64,000 nt of DNA, taken from positions 2,360-66,359 of the forward strand of contig DATJBZ010000012.1 in the NCBI GenBank assembly GCA_035515075.1, written 5' to 3'. The position numbers were made by a program, and so were the translations under genes. Positions 49,729 through 59,666 of the stretch are shown piece by piece. Source of the stretch: Moheibacter sp. GTDB taxonomy: Bacteria > Bacteroidota > Bacteroidia > Flavobacteriales > Weeksellaceae. The notes under the pieces are model-generated. The model was given only the letters and a program-made list of their open reading frames with translations. It made no database searches and had not been told where the DNA came from. How positions within the stretch are numbered: the first letter of the stretch is position 1; every line of letters begins with the position of its first letter.

Positions 49729-50616
49729 TTATTCCCGGTAAATCAATGGCGCATAACGAGAACGGTTGAAATCTATTTCATTTTGAAATTCAGCGATTTT
49801 CGTTTGCTGTGCTTCTTTTACTTGGTAAATCTCAATGAAGGCATTTTTGTTTTGGTCAAACAAATGGCGGATGTAAATTTGGTAGAAATCTTCGTCCAAA
49901 TAGCCGTCGGTGATGAACGTCAACTCCGCGCCTTTTTCATTTTGAATCAAGGTTTTGTAAGGATCCGATTGTCCGACTTCTTGCAACGACAAGAATTTGC
50001 CCAAAAAGGTTTCTTGTTTGTCTTTGACTTCGTACACCTTGATGTTTTTTCCTTTGAACAAACGGATTTCATACCGAAAGTCTTTTTCCAAAAGGGTGAA
50101 TAGGACAATTTCATCCACGGGATAATCCAATGGATCTACCGAATTGATAGAAGGTTCAACGATGAATCTCAAAGGCACTTCAAAGAGTAAATTGACTTTT
50201 TCACCTGAACTCAATTTACCTGGAAGGATCGGTGGCAATTCCTCCGCAATTTGGTTCAATGCTTCAACGGCTGCTTCAGCCAATGCGGGATCGCTGCCTT
50301 TGACTTCTTCTACATTGACAATCACACCTTCTTTGGTAATGATGAAACGCAATTTCGCTTGGCTTTCCGTGATGCCATGCGCACTCATGAAGGTTTCAAA
50401 ATCTTGTAGTTTGTTGGACAACAATTGAGTCAATTGTTGGGAAATGCACTGTGTCGCCTTCTTTTTTTGCGTGGATTTGATGTTTTCGCAATGAGGGAAA
50501 ACGGGCATTTCATGAATGGACCGTACATTGTACAGTTGTTGCTCTTGCCCAAAAATGCTTTGGCTGAACAACGATAAGAATAATATGAATAAAGTTTTTT
50601 TCATCTGGCTATGCAA
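49729..50616 (-). CDS. secreted protein with a TonB-C-like domain, unknown function
   Basis: Signal peptide. MPVFPHCEN...[21 protein letters not shown] resembles the PVFPGCE-type TonB C-terminal-like domains common in Flavobacteriia. Confidence 0.4.
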   Translation of the reverse strand: MHSQMKKTLFILFLSLFSQSIFGQEQQLYNVRSIHEMPVFPHCENIKSTQKKKATQCISQQLTQLLSNKLQDFETFMSAHGITESQAKLRFIITKEGVIVNVEEVKGSDPALAEAAVEALNQIAEELPPILPGKLSSGEKVNLLFEVPLRFIVEPSINSVDPLDYPVDEIVLFTLLEKDFRYEIRLFKGKNIKVYEVKDKQETFLGKFLSLQEVGQSDPYKTLIQNEKGAELTFITDGYLDEDFYQIYIRHLFDQNKNAFIEIYQVKEAQQTKIAEFQNEIDFNRSRYAPLIYRE

Positions 50617-50817
50617 ACAAAGATAATTGCTTTTTTGATATAGGACGGTTAATTTATTGGATTGCTGGTTGGCCGTATTATCTATTCGTTGGAGGGTTGG
50701 AAACGAAACAACGAGTGCTTGCTGTTTTCATTGAAAGAATTAAGAATGAATTTTCAACAAAAAAAGGATAGAAAATCAATTCTACCCTTTGTTTATCATT
50801 TATCGAAAATCGTGGAT

Positions 50818-51768
50818 TTAATGGATAGTCAATTTCTTTCTCAAATTCACCAACATGGCTTCGGTCATTTTCTCCAAATCAAATGAAGGTTGCCACTGCC
50901 AATCTTTCTGTGCCACGGAATCATCAATACTCGCTGGCCAAGAATCAGCAATCGCTTGTCTAAAATCAGGCTGGTAAGTCATTTCAAATTCAGGCAAATG
51001 TTGCTGGATCGCAGCATACAATTCTTTGGGCGTAAAGCTCAACGCATTCAAATTGTACGAAGTGCGGATGGACAATTTCTCACCATCGGCTTGCATCAAT
51101 TCAATGGTCGCGCGAATTGCATCATCCATGTACATCATGGGCAAAGCGGTGTTTTCGGTCAGGAAACATTCATAATTCCCAGTTTCTAAAGCTTGGTAAA
51201 AAATATCTACGGCATAATCGGTGGTTCCACCCCCTGGACGGGTTTTCCAACTGATCAAACCTGGATAACGAATGCTGCGCACGTCCACACCAAATTTTTC
51301 ATGGTAATAATTGCACCAGAATTCTCCCGCACGTTTGGAAATGCCGTACACCGTAGTAGGGATCGCCAAGGCGTTTTGTTCAGTATTTTCTTTGGGGGTA
51401 TCCGCGCCATAAATCGCAATGCTGCTGGGCCAATACAATTGTTTGATTTGTTTTTCTTTGGCCAATTCTAAAAAGGTCAACAAGGAATTCATGTTCAAAT
51501 CCCAGCCTTTTTTGGGCATTTTTTCTGCAGTGGCAGAAAGCATCGCAGCCAAATGGTAAACAATGGTGATTTGTTGTTCTTGAACGGTTTTTGTGATCAT
51601 TTCGTCGTCCATCACGTCCAAGCAAACATAATTGGGGTCATCGACATTTTCAACTTTTTGGATGTCCGAAGCCACCACATTTTCTACCCCATAAATATTT
51701 CTCAATGCAAGCGTCAGTTCTGAACCGATTTGGCCCAAGGCACCTGTAACCAAGATTTTTTGTTCCAT
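50818..51768 (-). CDS. NAD-dependent epimerase/dehydratase family protein (GalE-like L-threonine 3-dehydrogenase type)
   Basis: ILVTGALGQIGSEL Rossmann motif and YGISK (YxxxK). The start was set at MEQKILV. Confidence 0.7.
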   Translation of the reverse strand: MEQKILVTGALGQIGSELTLALRNIYGVENVVASDIQKVENVDDPNYVCLDVMDDEMITKTVQEQQITIVYHLAAMLSATAEKMPKKGWDLNMNSLLTFLELAKEKQIKQLYWPSSIAIYGADTPKENTEQNALAIPTTVYGISKRAGEFWCNYYHEKFGVDVRSIRYPGLISWKTRPGGGTTDYAVDIFYQALETGNYECFLTENTALPMMYMDDAIRATIELMQADGEKLSIRTSYNLNALSFTPKELYAAIQQHLPEFEMTYQPDFRQAIADSWPASIDDSVAQKDWQWQPSFDLEKMTEAMLVNLRKKLTIH

Positions 51769-51886
51769 AAATTTCTCGTTGTTTTCTGCGCCCAAAGATA
51801 CTATTAATCTTAAAAGGTTGTTGTGAAAAAACTTCATAGATTTGTCACAAGAAATCAATACACTAATGCATTAAAGTTATATTACA

Positions 51887-53905
51887 ATGAAAAAATACAT
51901 CATCATGGGGATTTCCTTATTGGCAAGCGGTGGTTTTGCGCAGGATCAATTCCATGCCATCCATTTGGAACATATGGACCGCAGCGTCCAGCCACAAGAA
52001 GATTTTTACAATTTCGTCAATGGAAATTGGATGAAAACGGCAGAAATTCCTTCGGATCGTGCCCGTTGGGGAAGTTTTGATGAATTGAGAGAAAATACCG
52101 ACGTGGTATCTTTGAACATTTTGAAAGGACTTTTGGGAGAAACTCATACGCAAGGAAGTGATGAGCAGAAAATCAATGATTTGTACGAATCTTACATTGA
52201 TTTCGAAGCGAGAAACAAAGCAGGTTTGGCGCCTTTGCAAACTTATTTCAAGCAAATTGATGCCATCCAAAACATGGCGCAACTTCAAGCGTACTTGACC
52301 AAAGTGACACCCAAAGGATTGAATTCTTTGTATGGTTTTTATGTGTATTCTCACCGAAAAAACTCTGGGCAAAACGCAGTCTATTTGTCTAGCGCAGATT
52401 TGGGCTTGGGAAGAGCGTATTACCAAAAGCAGAACGAAAGCAATGATGAAACTTTGAAACAATACGTTCAATTCATCGATCAAATGTACAGTCATACAGG
52501 CGAAAGAACGCGCGATTTCAAAGGACCAGAGATTTTGTCTTTTGAGAAATTGATCGCAGACAATTTGTTGACCGTAGAAGAATCACGCGATGCGCGTTTG
52601 CGTTACAATCCCATGGCTGTGAAAGATTTGGCGGGATTGTCAAAGAATGTTGATTTGGTGAAATACTTGAAAGATTTGGGTGTGAAAACCGATTCTGTGA
52701 TCATTGGTGAAATCAAGTTTTATAAAAATTTAGACCAAATCATCAACCAAGACAATTTGGGCACCATCAAAAAATATTTGAAATTTCATTTGTTGGATGA
52801 CATGAGTGGCTATTTGACGGAAGAATTGGACGAATTGAATTTTGATTTTTATGGTAAAAAATTGAGAGGGCAAAAAGAGCAAAGAGCCATCGATAAAAGA
52901 GGTTTGGAGTTTGTCAATGGAAATGCTGGAGAATTGTTGGGGAAATTGTACGTCAAAGAAAACTTTCCTCCACAAGCCAAAGAAAATGCACAAGAAATGA
53001 TCGATTATTTGTTCAGATCTTTCAAAATGCACATCAATGATTTGGAATGGATGTCGGCAGAAACCAAAGTAAAAGCTTTGGAGAAGTTGAGCAAATTCAC
53101 GGTGAAAATTGGTTATCCTGACAAATGGAGAGATTACTCAAAATTGGCGGTTGTTTCACATACGGAGAAAGATGCGTTGTTCAACAACATCATGAATTTG
53201 AGAGAATGGCGTTACGATTATATGTTCAATAAAATTGGGAAAGCAGTGGACCGTAGCGAATGGGGCATGTCTCCACAAACGGTCAATGCGTATTTCAATT
53301 CTTCGAACAACGAGATTGTTTTCCCTGCAGCGATTTTGCAATATCCTTTTTACGATTACAGAGCAGATGCAGCAGTGAATTTTGGTGGAATTGGTGCGGT
53401 AATTGGTCACGAAATTTCTCATGGATTTGACGACAGCGGTGCTTTGATCGATGGTGATGGGAATTTGAAAGATTGGTGGACAGCACAAGATTTTGAGAAA
53501 TTCAATGCAGCTGGAGCAGCTTTGGCGGAACAATACAATCAGTATGAACCGGTGGCTGGAAACTTTGTCAATGGTGAATTTACTTTGGGAGAAAATATCG
53601 GTGATTTGGGTGGCGTGAACGTTGCTTATGATGCCTTGTTGATGTATTTGAAAGACAAAGGAAATCCTGGTAAAATCGATGGATTTACTGCAGAGCAAAG
53701 ATTCTTTATTTCTTGGGCAACCGTTTGGAGAACGAAATCTACGGATGAAGCGTTGATCAATCAAATCAAAACTGATCCACATGCACCAGGTTATTACAGA
53801 TCATTTGGTCCTTTGATCAATGTCGATGGTTTTCACAAAGCTTTTGGCATCAAAAAAGGAGACAAAATGTACAAAGCGCCCAAAGACAGAATTAAAATTT
53901 GGTAA
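51887..53905 (+). CDS. pepO: M13-family zinc metallopeptidase (PepO/neprilysin-like)
   Basis: NAYFN, HEISHGFD (HExxH), GENIGDLGG, C-terminal ...IKIW. Confidence 0.9.
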   Translation: MKKYIIMGISLLASGGFAQDQFHAIHLEHMDRSVQPQEDFYNFVNGNWMKTAEIPSDRARWGSFDELRENTDVVSLNILKGLLGETHTQGSDEQKINDLYESYIDFEARNKAGLAPLQTYFKQIDAIQNMAQLQAYLTKVTPKGLNSLYGFYVYSHRKNSGQNAVYLSSADLGLGRAYYQKQNESNDETLKQYVQFIDQMYSHTGERTRDFKGPEILSFEKLIADNLLTVEESRDARLRYNPMAVKDLAGLSKNVDLVKYLKDLGVKTDSVIIGEIKFYKNLDQIINQDNLGTIKKYLKFHLLDDMSGYLTEELDELNFDFYGKKLRGQKEQRAIDKRGLEFVNGNAGELLGKLYVKENFPPQAKENAQEMIDYLFRSFKMHINDLEWMSAETKVKALEKLSKFTVKIGYPDKWRDYSKLAVVSHTEKDALFNNIMNLREWRYDYMFNKIGKAVDRSEWGMSPQTVNAYFNSSNNEIVFPAAILQYPFYDYRADAAVNFGGIGAVIGHEISHGFDDSGALIDGDGNLKDWWTAQDFEKFNAAGAALAEQYNQYEPVAGNFVNGEFTLGENIGDLGGVNVAYDALLMYLKDKGNPGKIDGFTAEQRFFISWATVWRTKSTDEALINQIKTDPHAPGYYRSFGPLINVDGFHKAFGIKKGDKMYKAPKDRIKIW

Positions 53906-54015
53906 AAATTACGGAGTAAATGATGTGAAACAGCCAATGTTGAAATGAATTTAAAACATAAAATACAATGATTCCTAAATTATTCCGTTGGCTGTTTTTC
54001 AAAAAAACAATTGCG

Positions 54016-54300
54016 ATGACAACAATAGATGCAATAAAAAATCCTGAAGCAAGTTTGGTGGATGTTCGTGAAGCCTATGAATTGGAAACCGATGGCGCTG
54101 TGAAAAACGCAATCAACATTCCGATGAGTGAAATTCCAGAGCGTTTGGATGAGTTAAAAGCTTTGCCCAAACCCTTGGTTATTTTCTGTCGAGGAGGAAG
54201 TCGAGCGGCTTCTGTCCTGAATTATTTGTCAGAAAATGATTTGGATGGATGTTTCAACGGTGGCGGATTCAGCGACGTCAATGAAATGTTAAATGCTTAA
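54016..54300 (+). CDS. rhodanese-like domain protein
   Basis: Active-site loop FCRGGSRAAS (Cys-x5-R type). Confidence 0.8.
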   Translation: MTTIDAIKNPEASLVDVREAYELETDGAVKNAINIPMSEIPERLDELKALPKPLVIFCRGGSRAASVLNYLSENDLDGCFNGGGFSDVNEMLNA

Positions 54301-54311
54301 AAAACGAAACG

Positions 54312-54338
54312 ACCTTGTTCATTGGACAAGGTTTTTTT
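54312..54338 (+). terminator. rho-independent terminator
   Basis: ACCTTGT-tcattgg-ACAAGGT followed by T7. Confidence 0.6.
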
Positions 54339-54349
54339 AAACAATTGAA

Positions 54350-54973
54350 ATGACGAAAAAAGAGCGCGCACAGTTCGTGATGGACGAATTGGAAAAGTTA
54401 TATCCCAAACCAGCAATTCCATTGGACCATACCGATCCCTACACCTTGTTGGTGGCGGTGATGTTGTCCGCCCAAACGACGGACAAAAAAGTGAATGAGG
54501 TGACGCCAGAGTTGTTTGCACGTGCAAACAATGCCAAGGCGATGAGCCAATTGAGCGTCGAAGAAATCAAAGAATTGATCAAGCAAATCGGCTTGTCCAA
54601 TACCAAAGCCAAGAATTTACAGAAATTGTCGGAAATCATCGACCAAAAGCACCAAGGAATTGTTCCAGAAACATTTGAGGAATTGGAAGAACTGCCAGGC
54701 GTTGGGCACAAAACCGCTTCTGTGGTGATGGCACAAGCCTTTGGTCATCCTGCATTTCCGGTCGATACGCACATTCATCGCTTGATGCACCGTTGGAAAT
54801 TGAGCAATGGCAAATCAGTCGTGCAAACCGAAAAAGACGCCAAGCGTTTGTTTCCAAAAGACCGTTGGAACAAGCTGCACATTCAAATCATTTATTACGG
54901 AAGAGAATACTCGCCAGCCCGAGCATGGGACTTGGAAAAAGATTTTATTACCAGAAAAATATTGGAGGGTTAA
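54350..54973 (+). CDS. nth: endonuclease III family DNA glycosylase (no C-terminal Cys cluster visible)
   Basis: HhH-GPD region LPGVGHKTASVVM and VDTHIHRL. The C-terminus lacks cysteines. Confidence 0.75.
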   Translation: MTKKERAQFVMDELEKLYPKPAIPLDHTDPYTLLVAVMLSAQTTDKKVNEVTPELFARANNAKAMSQLSVEEIKELIKQIGLSNTKAKNLQKLSEIIDQKHQGIVPETFEELEELPGVGHKTASVVMAQAFGHPAFPVDTHIHRLMHRWKLSNGKSVVQTEKDAKRLFPKDRWNKLHIQIIYYGREYSPARAWDLEKDFITRKILEG

Positions 54974-55047
54974 ACCAATTTTATCTTAACATCAATTAAC
55001 TTGTTAATTTTACTAAATTTGCACAAGCATTTTTTGAAATTTAAATT

Positions 55048-56121
55048 ATGATCAATACAATCATTACTGGATCTGGACACTGTTTGCCACATAGAATTGT
55101 GAAAAACGATGCATTTTTGAATTATGAATTTTATGATGAGCAAGGGCAATTCATTGAGAAGCCAGTGAGTGAAATCATTCAGAAATTCCAAGAAATCACA
55201 GAGATTGAAGAAAGGAGGTACGTGGATGACGATTTGTTTACGTCGGATTTGGCGACCATTGCGGCCAAAAAAGCGATTGAAGATGCGGGGATTGATCCAG
55301 AAGAGTTGGATTACATCATTGTGGCCAACAACTACGGCGACATCGATCCGCACCACCGCCAAGTAGACAATATGCCGTCGATCGCGACGCGTGTAAAAAA
55401 TAAATTGGGCATCAAAAACCAAAGATGCCGTCCTTATGACATGTTGTTTGGTTGTCCAGGATGGATTGAAGGATTAATTTTAGCACACCATATGTTTCTT
55501 TCAGGTACTGCCAAAAAAGCTTTGGTAGTGGGTGCTGATACGCTTTCGAGAGCGGTAGATCCGCATGATCGTACGGCGATGATCTTTGCAGATGGTGCAG
55601 GTGCAGTGATTTTAGAAGCAAAAGAATCGGACGAAAAAGTAGGCATCATCAGTTATGATACGGTTTGCGACAGTTTGGAAGAAATGGACTATTTACTGAA
55701 CGACGTTTCTTTGAAAGAAGATTACGATGGTTCGAAGGTGAACATCAAAATGCGTGGAAGAAAAGTCTATGAATATGCTTTGAAAAATGTTCCCGCATTG
55801 TTGAAATCAGTCATTGATCAATCGGGGTATGGGATTGAGGACATTGATAAAATTTTATTGCATCAAGCGAACGCCAAAATGGATTATGCCATGGTGAGCC
55901 GTTTGTTTCGTTTGTACAATTTGAAAGAATTTCCAGCAGAAGTCGCGCCAATGACGGTGCAGAAGTTCGGGAATTCATCTGTAGCGACGATTCCTACGAT
56001 GTATGATTTGATTGCCAGAAAAGAATTGGGGGCACATGCATTCCATTCGGGCGACAAATTGGTATTGGGCTCTGTTGGTGCAGGAATGAATATTAACGCC
56101 ATAGTTTATAAAATGCCATGA
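55048..56121 (+). CDS. 3-oxoacyl-ACP synthase III (FabH-like) family protein
   Basis: Cys in FGCPGW, His in LHQAN, Asn in FGNSSVAT. Confidence 0.8.
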   Translation: MINTIITGSGHCLPHRIVKNDAFLNYEFYDEQGQFIEKPVSEIIQKFQEITEIEERRYVDDDLFTSDLATIAAKKAIEDAGIDPEELDYIIVANNYGDIDPHHRQVDNMPSIATRVKNKLGIKNQRCRPYDMLFGCPGWIEGLILAHHMFLSGTAKKALVVGADTLSRAVDPHDRTAMIFADGAGAVILEAKESDEKVGIISYDTVCDSLEEMDYLLNDVSLKEDYDGSKVNIKMRGRKVYEYALKNVPALLKSVIDQSGYGIEDIDKILLHQANAKMDYAMVSRLFRLYNLKEFPAEVAPMTVQKFGNSSVATIPTMYDLIARKELGAHAFHSGDKLVLGSVGAGMNINAIVYKMP

Positions 56122-56245
56122 TACAAGCACTTATTTATTTGGTCATCAGTTTATTGATGTTTTTTTATTGCATATAATAAATAAAACTCATTTTTGTATG
56201 TGACTTTTTGACGAGTCATGTGTCATACTTAATGAAACAATAACG

Positions 56246-56815
56246 ATGTCGTTCCAAAAACCAATTGATACACTTGATGACCTGGAACTCATACATGAAA
56301 TCACCAAAACAAATAACACCCATTTGTTTGGGATTTTGTATGATCGGTACGCGGCCATTGTATACAATAAATGTTTGGGATTTATCGGTTCGAAAGAAGA
56401 AGCACAGGATGTAACCCACGATATTTTTGTGAAGCTCTTTGTGAAATTGAAATCATTTAAGGGAGAGGCCAAATTTTCTACTTGGCTGTATTCGTTTACT
56501 TACAATCATTGTGTCAATTATTTGCAAAGAGAAATTAGAGGGAGTAAAAATACTTTTTCTGTAGAGGAAGAGAAGATCGAAGAGAAATTAACGGAAGAAA
56601 TAGATGACGCACGGATTTTTGAGATGAAAGCGGAAAATTTGAATCAAGCTTTGAAAGAAATTTCTCCCAATGAACGTGCAATACTTTTGATGAAATACCA
56701 AGATGACTTGAGCATTAAGGAAATTGCTCAGCTCAATGAATTGGGGGAGAGCGCAGTGAAGATGAGGTTGAATCGCGCCAAAATTAATTTGATTAAAATT
56801 TATAACCAATTGTAA
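56246..56815 (+). CDS. ECF-type RNA polymerase sigma-70 factor
   Basis: Region 2 (FGILYDRY...DVTHDIFVKLF) and region 4 (DDLSIKEIAQLNELGESAVKMRLNRAK). Confidence 0.85.
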   Translation: MSFQKPIDTLDDLELIHEITKTNNTHLFGILYDRYAAIVYNKCLGFIGSKEEAQDVTHDIFVKLFVKLKSFKGEAKFSTWLYSFTYNHCVNYLQREIRGSKNTFSVEEEKIEEKLTEEIDDARIFEMKAENLNQALKEISPNERAILLMKYQDDLSIKEIAQLNELGESAVKMRLNRAKINLIKIYNQL

Positions 56816-57004
56816 GTGAAAAATCCATTCAAAAATATCATCGAAAACCAAGAAGTTCCTGATTTGCTCAGGGACAAAATCATGGATGACATTCGCTTGA
56901 TCAAATTGTCATTGGATTTGGCAGATTTGGTTGCAGTCAAATATCCTTCTTCGATTTTGGATATCTTAGGTAGTACTGAGAATAAGAAAAAAGATAACAG
57001 TTAA
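56816..57004 (+). CDS. small protein abutting the sigma gene (possible anti-sigma or partner), GTG start
   Basis: Begins at the nucleotide after the sigma stop. No TM helix. Support comes from position only. Confidence 0.3.
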   Translation: MKNPFKNIIENQEVPDLLRDKIMDDIRLIKLSLDLADLVAVKYPSSILDILGSTENKKKDNS

Positions 57005-57019
57005 AATAAAACACTCACC

Positions 57020-57814
57020 ATGCTTGAAAATTTATACCATGATTTTTTATTGATCTTGCCCAAAATCTTGTTGGGTATAGGGTTTTTGATTTGCGCCATT
57101 TTGGTCTATAAAATCGTGCTTTGGTCTTGCAAGAAAATTTTGAAAGTTTCAAGAATTGACAAACTCAATGAAATGATACAAAAAAATGAGCTCTTTTCAG
57201 GATCGAATTTCAAATTGGATCTGGGAGATGTCATTTTAGGCGTTGTAAAATTCATCTTGGTTTTGATCATCATGATCGTTGGTGCAGATTTCTTGAATTT
57301 GACCATTGTTTCGGTTCAAATTGGCAAATTGCTCGAATATTTACCCCAACTTTTTACCGGTGTTTTGATCTTTATGGTGGGCGTGTATTTTGCGTCAAAG
57401 GCCAAAAAGTTGATTTACAATTTGATCAAATCTTTGGATGCTGGTGGAGCAAAAGCCATCAGCGGTGTTGTATTCTATTTGATTGTTATTTTCGTGTCCA
57501 TCACTGCCTTGAATCAAATTGGCATTGAAACAGAAATCATTTCCAAAAACATCAGTTACTTTATTGGCGCGGCTTTGGTGTCAATTACCATCGCTGTTGG
57601 TTTGGGGTCGAGAGACATTGTTTATCGATTGATTTTGGGTTATTATACCAAAAAGAATTTGGAAATAGGCATGAGAATTCAACTGAACGAAATCGTTGGA
57701 ACGATTGAAGCCATCGACAATATTTGTCTGGTGTTGCAAACCGATCAACAAAGAATGGTCATTCCGATCAAGAAAATTAACAATTCTGAAGTGATTATTT
57801 TGCCCCAAGCATGA
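57020..57814 (+). CDS. small mechanosensitive-channel (MscS-like) family membrane protein
   Basis: Four or five TM helices plus a C-terminal beta-domain pattern (IGMRIQLNEIVGTIEAIDNICLVLQTDQQRMVIPIKKINN). Confidence 0.5.
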   Translation: MLENLYHDFLLILPKILLGIGFLICAILVYKIVLWSCKKILKVSRIDKLNEMIQKNELFSGSNFKLDLGDVILGVVKFILVLIIMIVGADFLNLTIVSVQIGKLLEYLPQLFTGVLIFMVGVYFASKAKKLIYNLIKSLDAGGAKAISGVVFYLIVIFVSITALNQIGIETEIISKNISYFIGAALVSITIAVGLGSRDIVYRLILGYYTKKNLEIGMRIQLNEIVGTIEAIDNICLVLQTDQQRMVIPIKKINNSEVIILPQA

Positions 57815-57983
57815 ACCTGTCGGCTATCGCTTTTTCGTTGCCGATTTGATTTCTTAAATTTTGTTAACAAATTTCAACTTTCGTTAAAATTTCCCTAAAC
57901 TTTGTGAAAACGTATGGATTGACTCAAGCTTCTTAATTAGATTTGCTCGCAGGTAAAAGTTAATCCAAATAGCATCACATTCA

Positions 57984-58619
57984 ATGAGGGGAATTCACTT
58001 CATCTTTATTTTAATCATTTCAATTTCAGCTACATCTTGTGGAACGCTAATCTCGACCGATCAAGCCAAATCGAGCTACACGCCGATTGATCGTTCTTTT
58101 TATGCCCAAAGCAGGGTCATCAACAAAACTTTGTTTGCTGAAAATAAATTGAATGAAGTAAAGCCAGTAAGCCCAAAAAGAGAGAAAACAGCGATAGAGG
58201 AAATCACCGATATCCATAAAATGTTTACGCACTCTTTTGTTTCTCAATTGTTGTCTGAAGCAGAATCCTATTTGGGCGTTCCTTACCGTTACGGTGGAAA
58301 CAGCAGAAAAGGCATCGATTGTTCGGCTTTCGTACAAAGTGTTTTTCAAATCTTTGACCACCAATTGCCACGGGTTTCTGCCGCGCAATCCCAAGAAGGA
58401 TATGTCGTTTCCAACGATGAACTTCGTGCAGGAGATTTGGTGTTTTTTGCGACCAACGGAAGAGGCAGGGTTTCGCATGTCGGAATTGTTCACAATGTTT
58501 CGGATGAAGGCGATGTTGAATTCATCCATGCATCTACTTCACAAGGTGTGATCGTGACGCCGTTGAAAAGCGATTACTGGGCCAAACGTTATTTGTACGC
58601 CAAAAGAATCATCGATTAA
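57984..58619 (+). CDS. NlpC/P60 (C40) family peptidoglycan peptidase lipoprotein
   Basis: Lipobox SATSC, YRYGG...GIDCSAFVQ (catalytic Cys), SHVGIV (His). Confidence 0.85.
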   Translation: MRGIHFIFILIISISATSCGTLISTDQAKSSYTPIDRSFYAQSRVINKTLFAENKLNEVKPVSPKREKTAIEEITDIHKMFTHSFVSQLLSEAESYLGVPYRYGGNSRKGIDCSAFVQSVFQIFDHQLPRVSAAQSQEGYVVSNDELRAGDLVFFATNGRGRVSHVGIVHNVSDEGDVEFIHASTSQGVIVTPLKSDYWAKRYLYAKRIID

Positions 58620-59590
58620 ACCGAAGGGAAATTTTCCTCAATCCATTTTTCAGCCAATAAATAAGGGTTTTCTTCTTGAATTTCCCCCCAAGGCTTTTCC
58701 TCAAATTTACGCATGGCGCGGTCCATCAATTGCTCTTTGATGTATTCTTTGGTGCGTTCTTTTCGCTGTAAAATCCTTCTTTTTTCCAAATAACCGTTGG
58801 ACTGAATGGTGTCAAAATACTGTTCGATCATTTCCCAACATTCTTCCAAACCTTCCCCGCTGATGCCAGATCCAATCAATACTTTTCGTTTCCATGCTGA
58901 ACTTTTTGGGGGCAAAAAATAAAGCGAATGCGCCAAAGTTACTTTCACATCTTTGGCTTGATTCCAACCAAATTGATCGACTTTGTTGATGAAAATAATG
59001 TCAGACATCTCCATGATGCCTCTTTTGATGCCTTGCAATTCATCGCCAGCACCAGGAATTTGAAGAAATAAAAACAAATCCGTCATGTCATTGACCAAAG
59101 TTTCCGACTGACCAACGCCCACCGTTTCAATTAAAACAACATCATAACCCGCCGCCTCACACAACAACATTGCTTCATAGGTTCGCGAGGCAATGCCGCC
59201 CAAGAAACCACTGCTGGCAGAAGGACGGATGTAGGCTTTCTCGCTTCTGGACAAATCTTCCATTCGGGTTTTGTCGCCCAAAATACTTCCTTTGGATAGC
59301 GTACTACTGGGGTCAATCGCCAGAACAGCTACTTTCAAACCTTTTTGAATCAGCAATTGTCCAAAACCTTCGATAAACGTACTTTTCCCTACACCAGGTA
59401 CACCAGTGATGGCAATTCGTTTGGCGCGACCCGTTGCTGGCAGAACTTTTTGGATCAATTCATGGGCTAATTTTTGATGTTCGATCAAAGAACTTTCCGC
59501 CAAAGTAATTCCTTTGCTCAGTGCGACACGTTCTCCTTCAAGGATTTTTTGTGCCAATTCATCGATAGTATGCGTAGTGGGTTTCATCAA
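58616..59590 (-). CDS. meaB: MeaB/ArgK-family G3E GTPase
   Basis: P-loop GVPGVGKST, ETVGVGQSE, NKVD. Confidence 0.85.
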   Translation of the reverse strand: MMKPTTHTIDELAQKILEGERVALSKGITLAESSLIEHQKLAHELIQKVLPATGRAKRIAITGVPGVGKSTFIEGFGQLLIQKGLKVAVLAIDPSSTLSKGSILGDKTRMEDLSRSEKAYIRPSASSGFLGGIASRTYEAMLLCEAAGYDVVLIETVGVGQSETLVNDMTDLFLFLQIPGAGDELQGIKRGIMEMSDIIFINKVDQFGWNQAKDVKVTLAHSLYFLPPKSSAWKRKVLIGSGISGEGLEECWEMIEQYFDTIQSNGYLEKRRILQRKERTKEYIKEQLMDRAMRKFEEKPWGEIQEENPYLLAEKWIEENFPSV

Positions 59591-59666
59591 AACAAAGATA
59601 TGGGTTTGAAATTGGATTTTGATTGTCCAGTTAAGTGCAATTCTTTAATTTTGGTAAAAATTCCCA

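Noticed and set aside
49549-50103. 184-aa plus-strand ORF
   Set aside because: It is antisense to ndk and to the TonB-C-like gene, spans their intergenic terminator, and has no motif.
51917-53782. Minus-strand ORFs of 192, 100, 208 and 63 aa inside the M13 peptidase gene
   Set aside because: They are antisense shadows of a gene with unambiguous HExxH/ENxxDxGG motifs.
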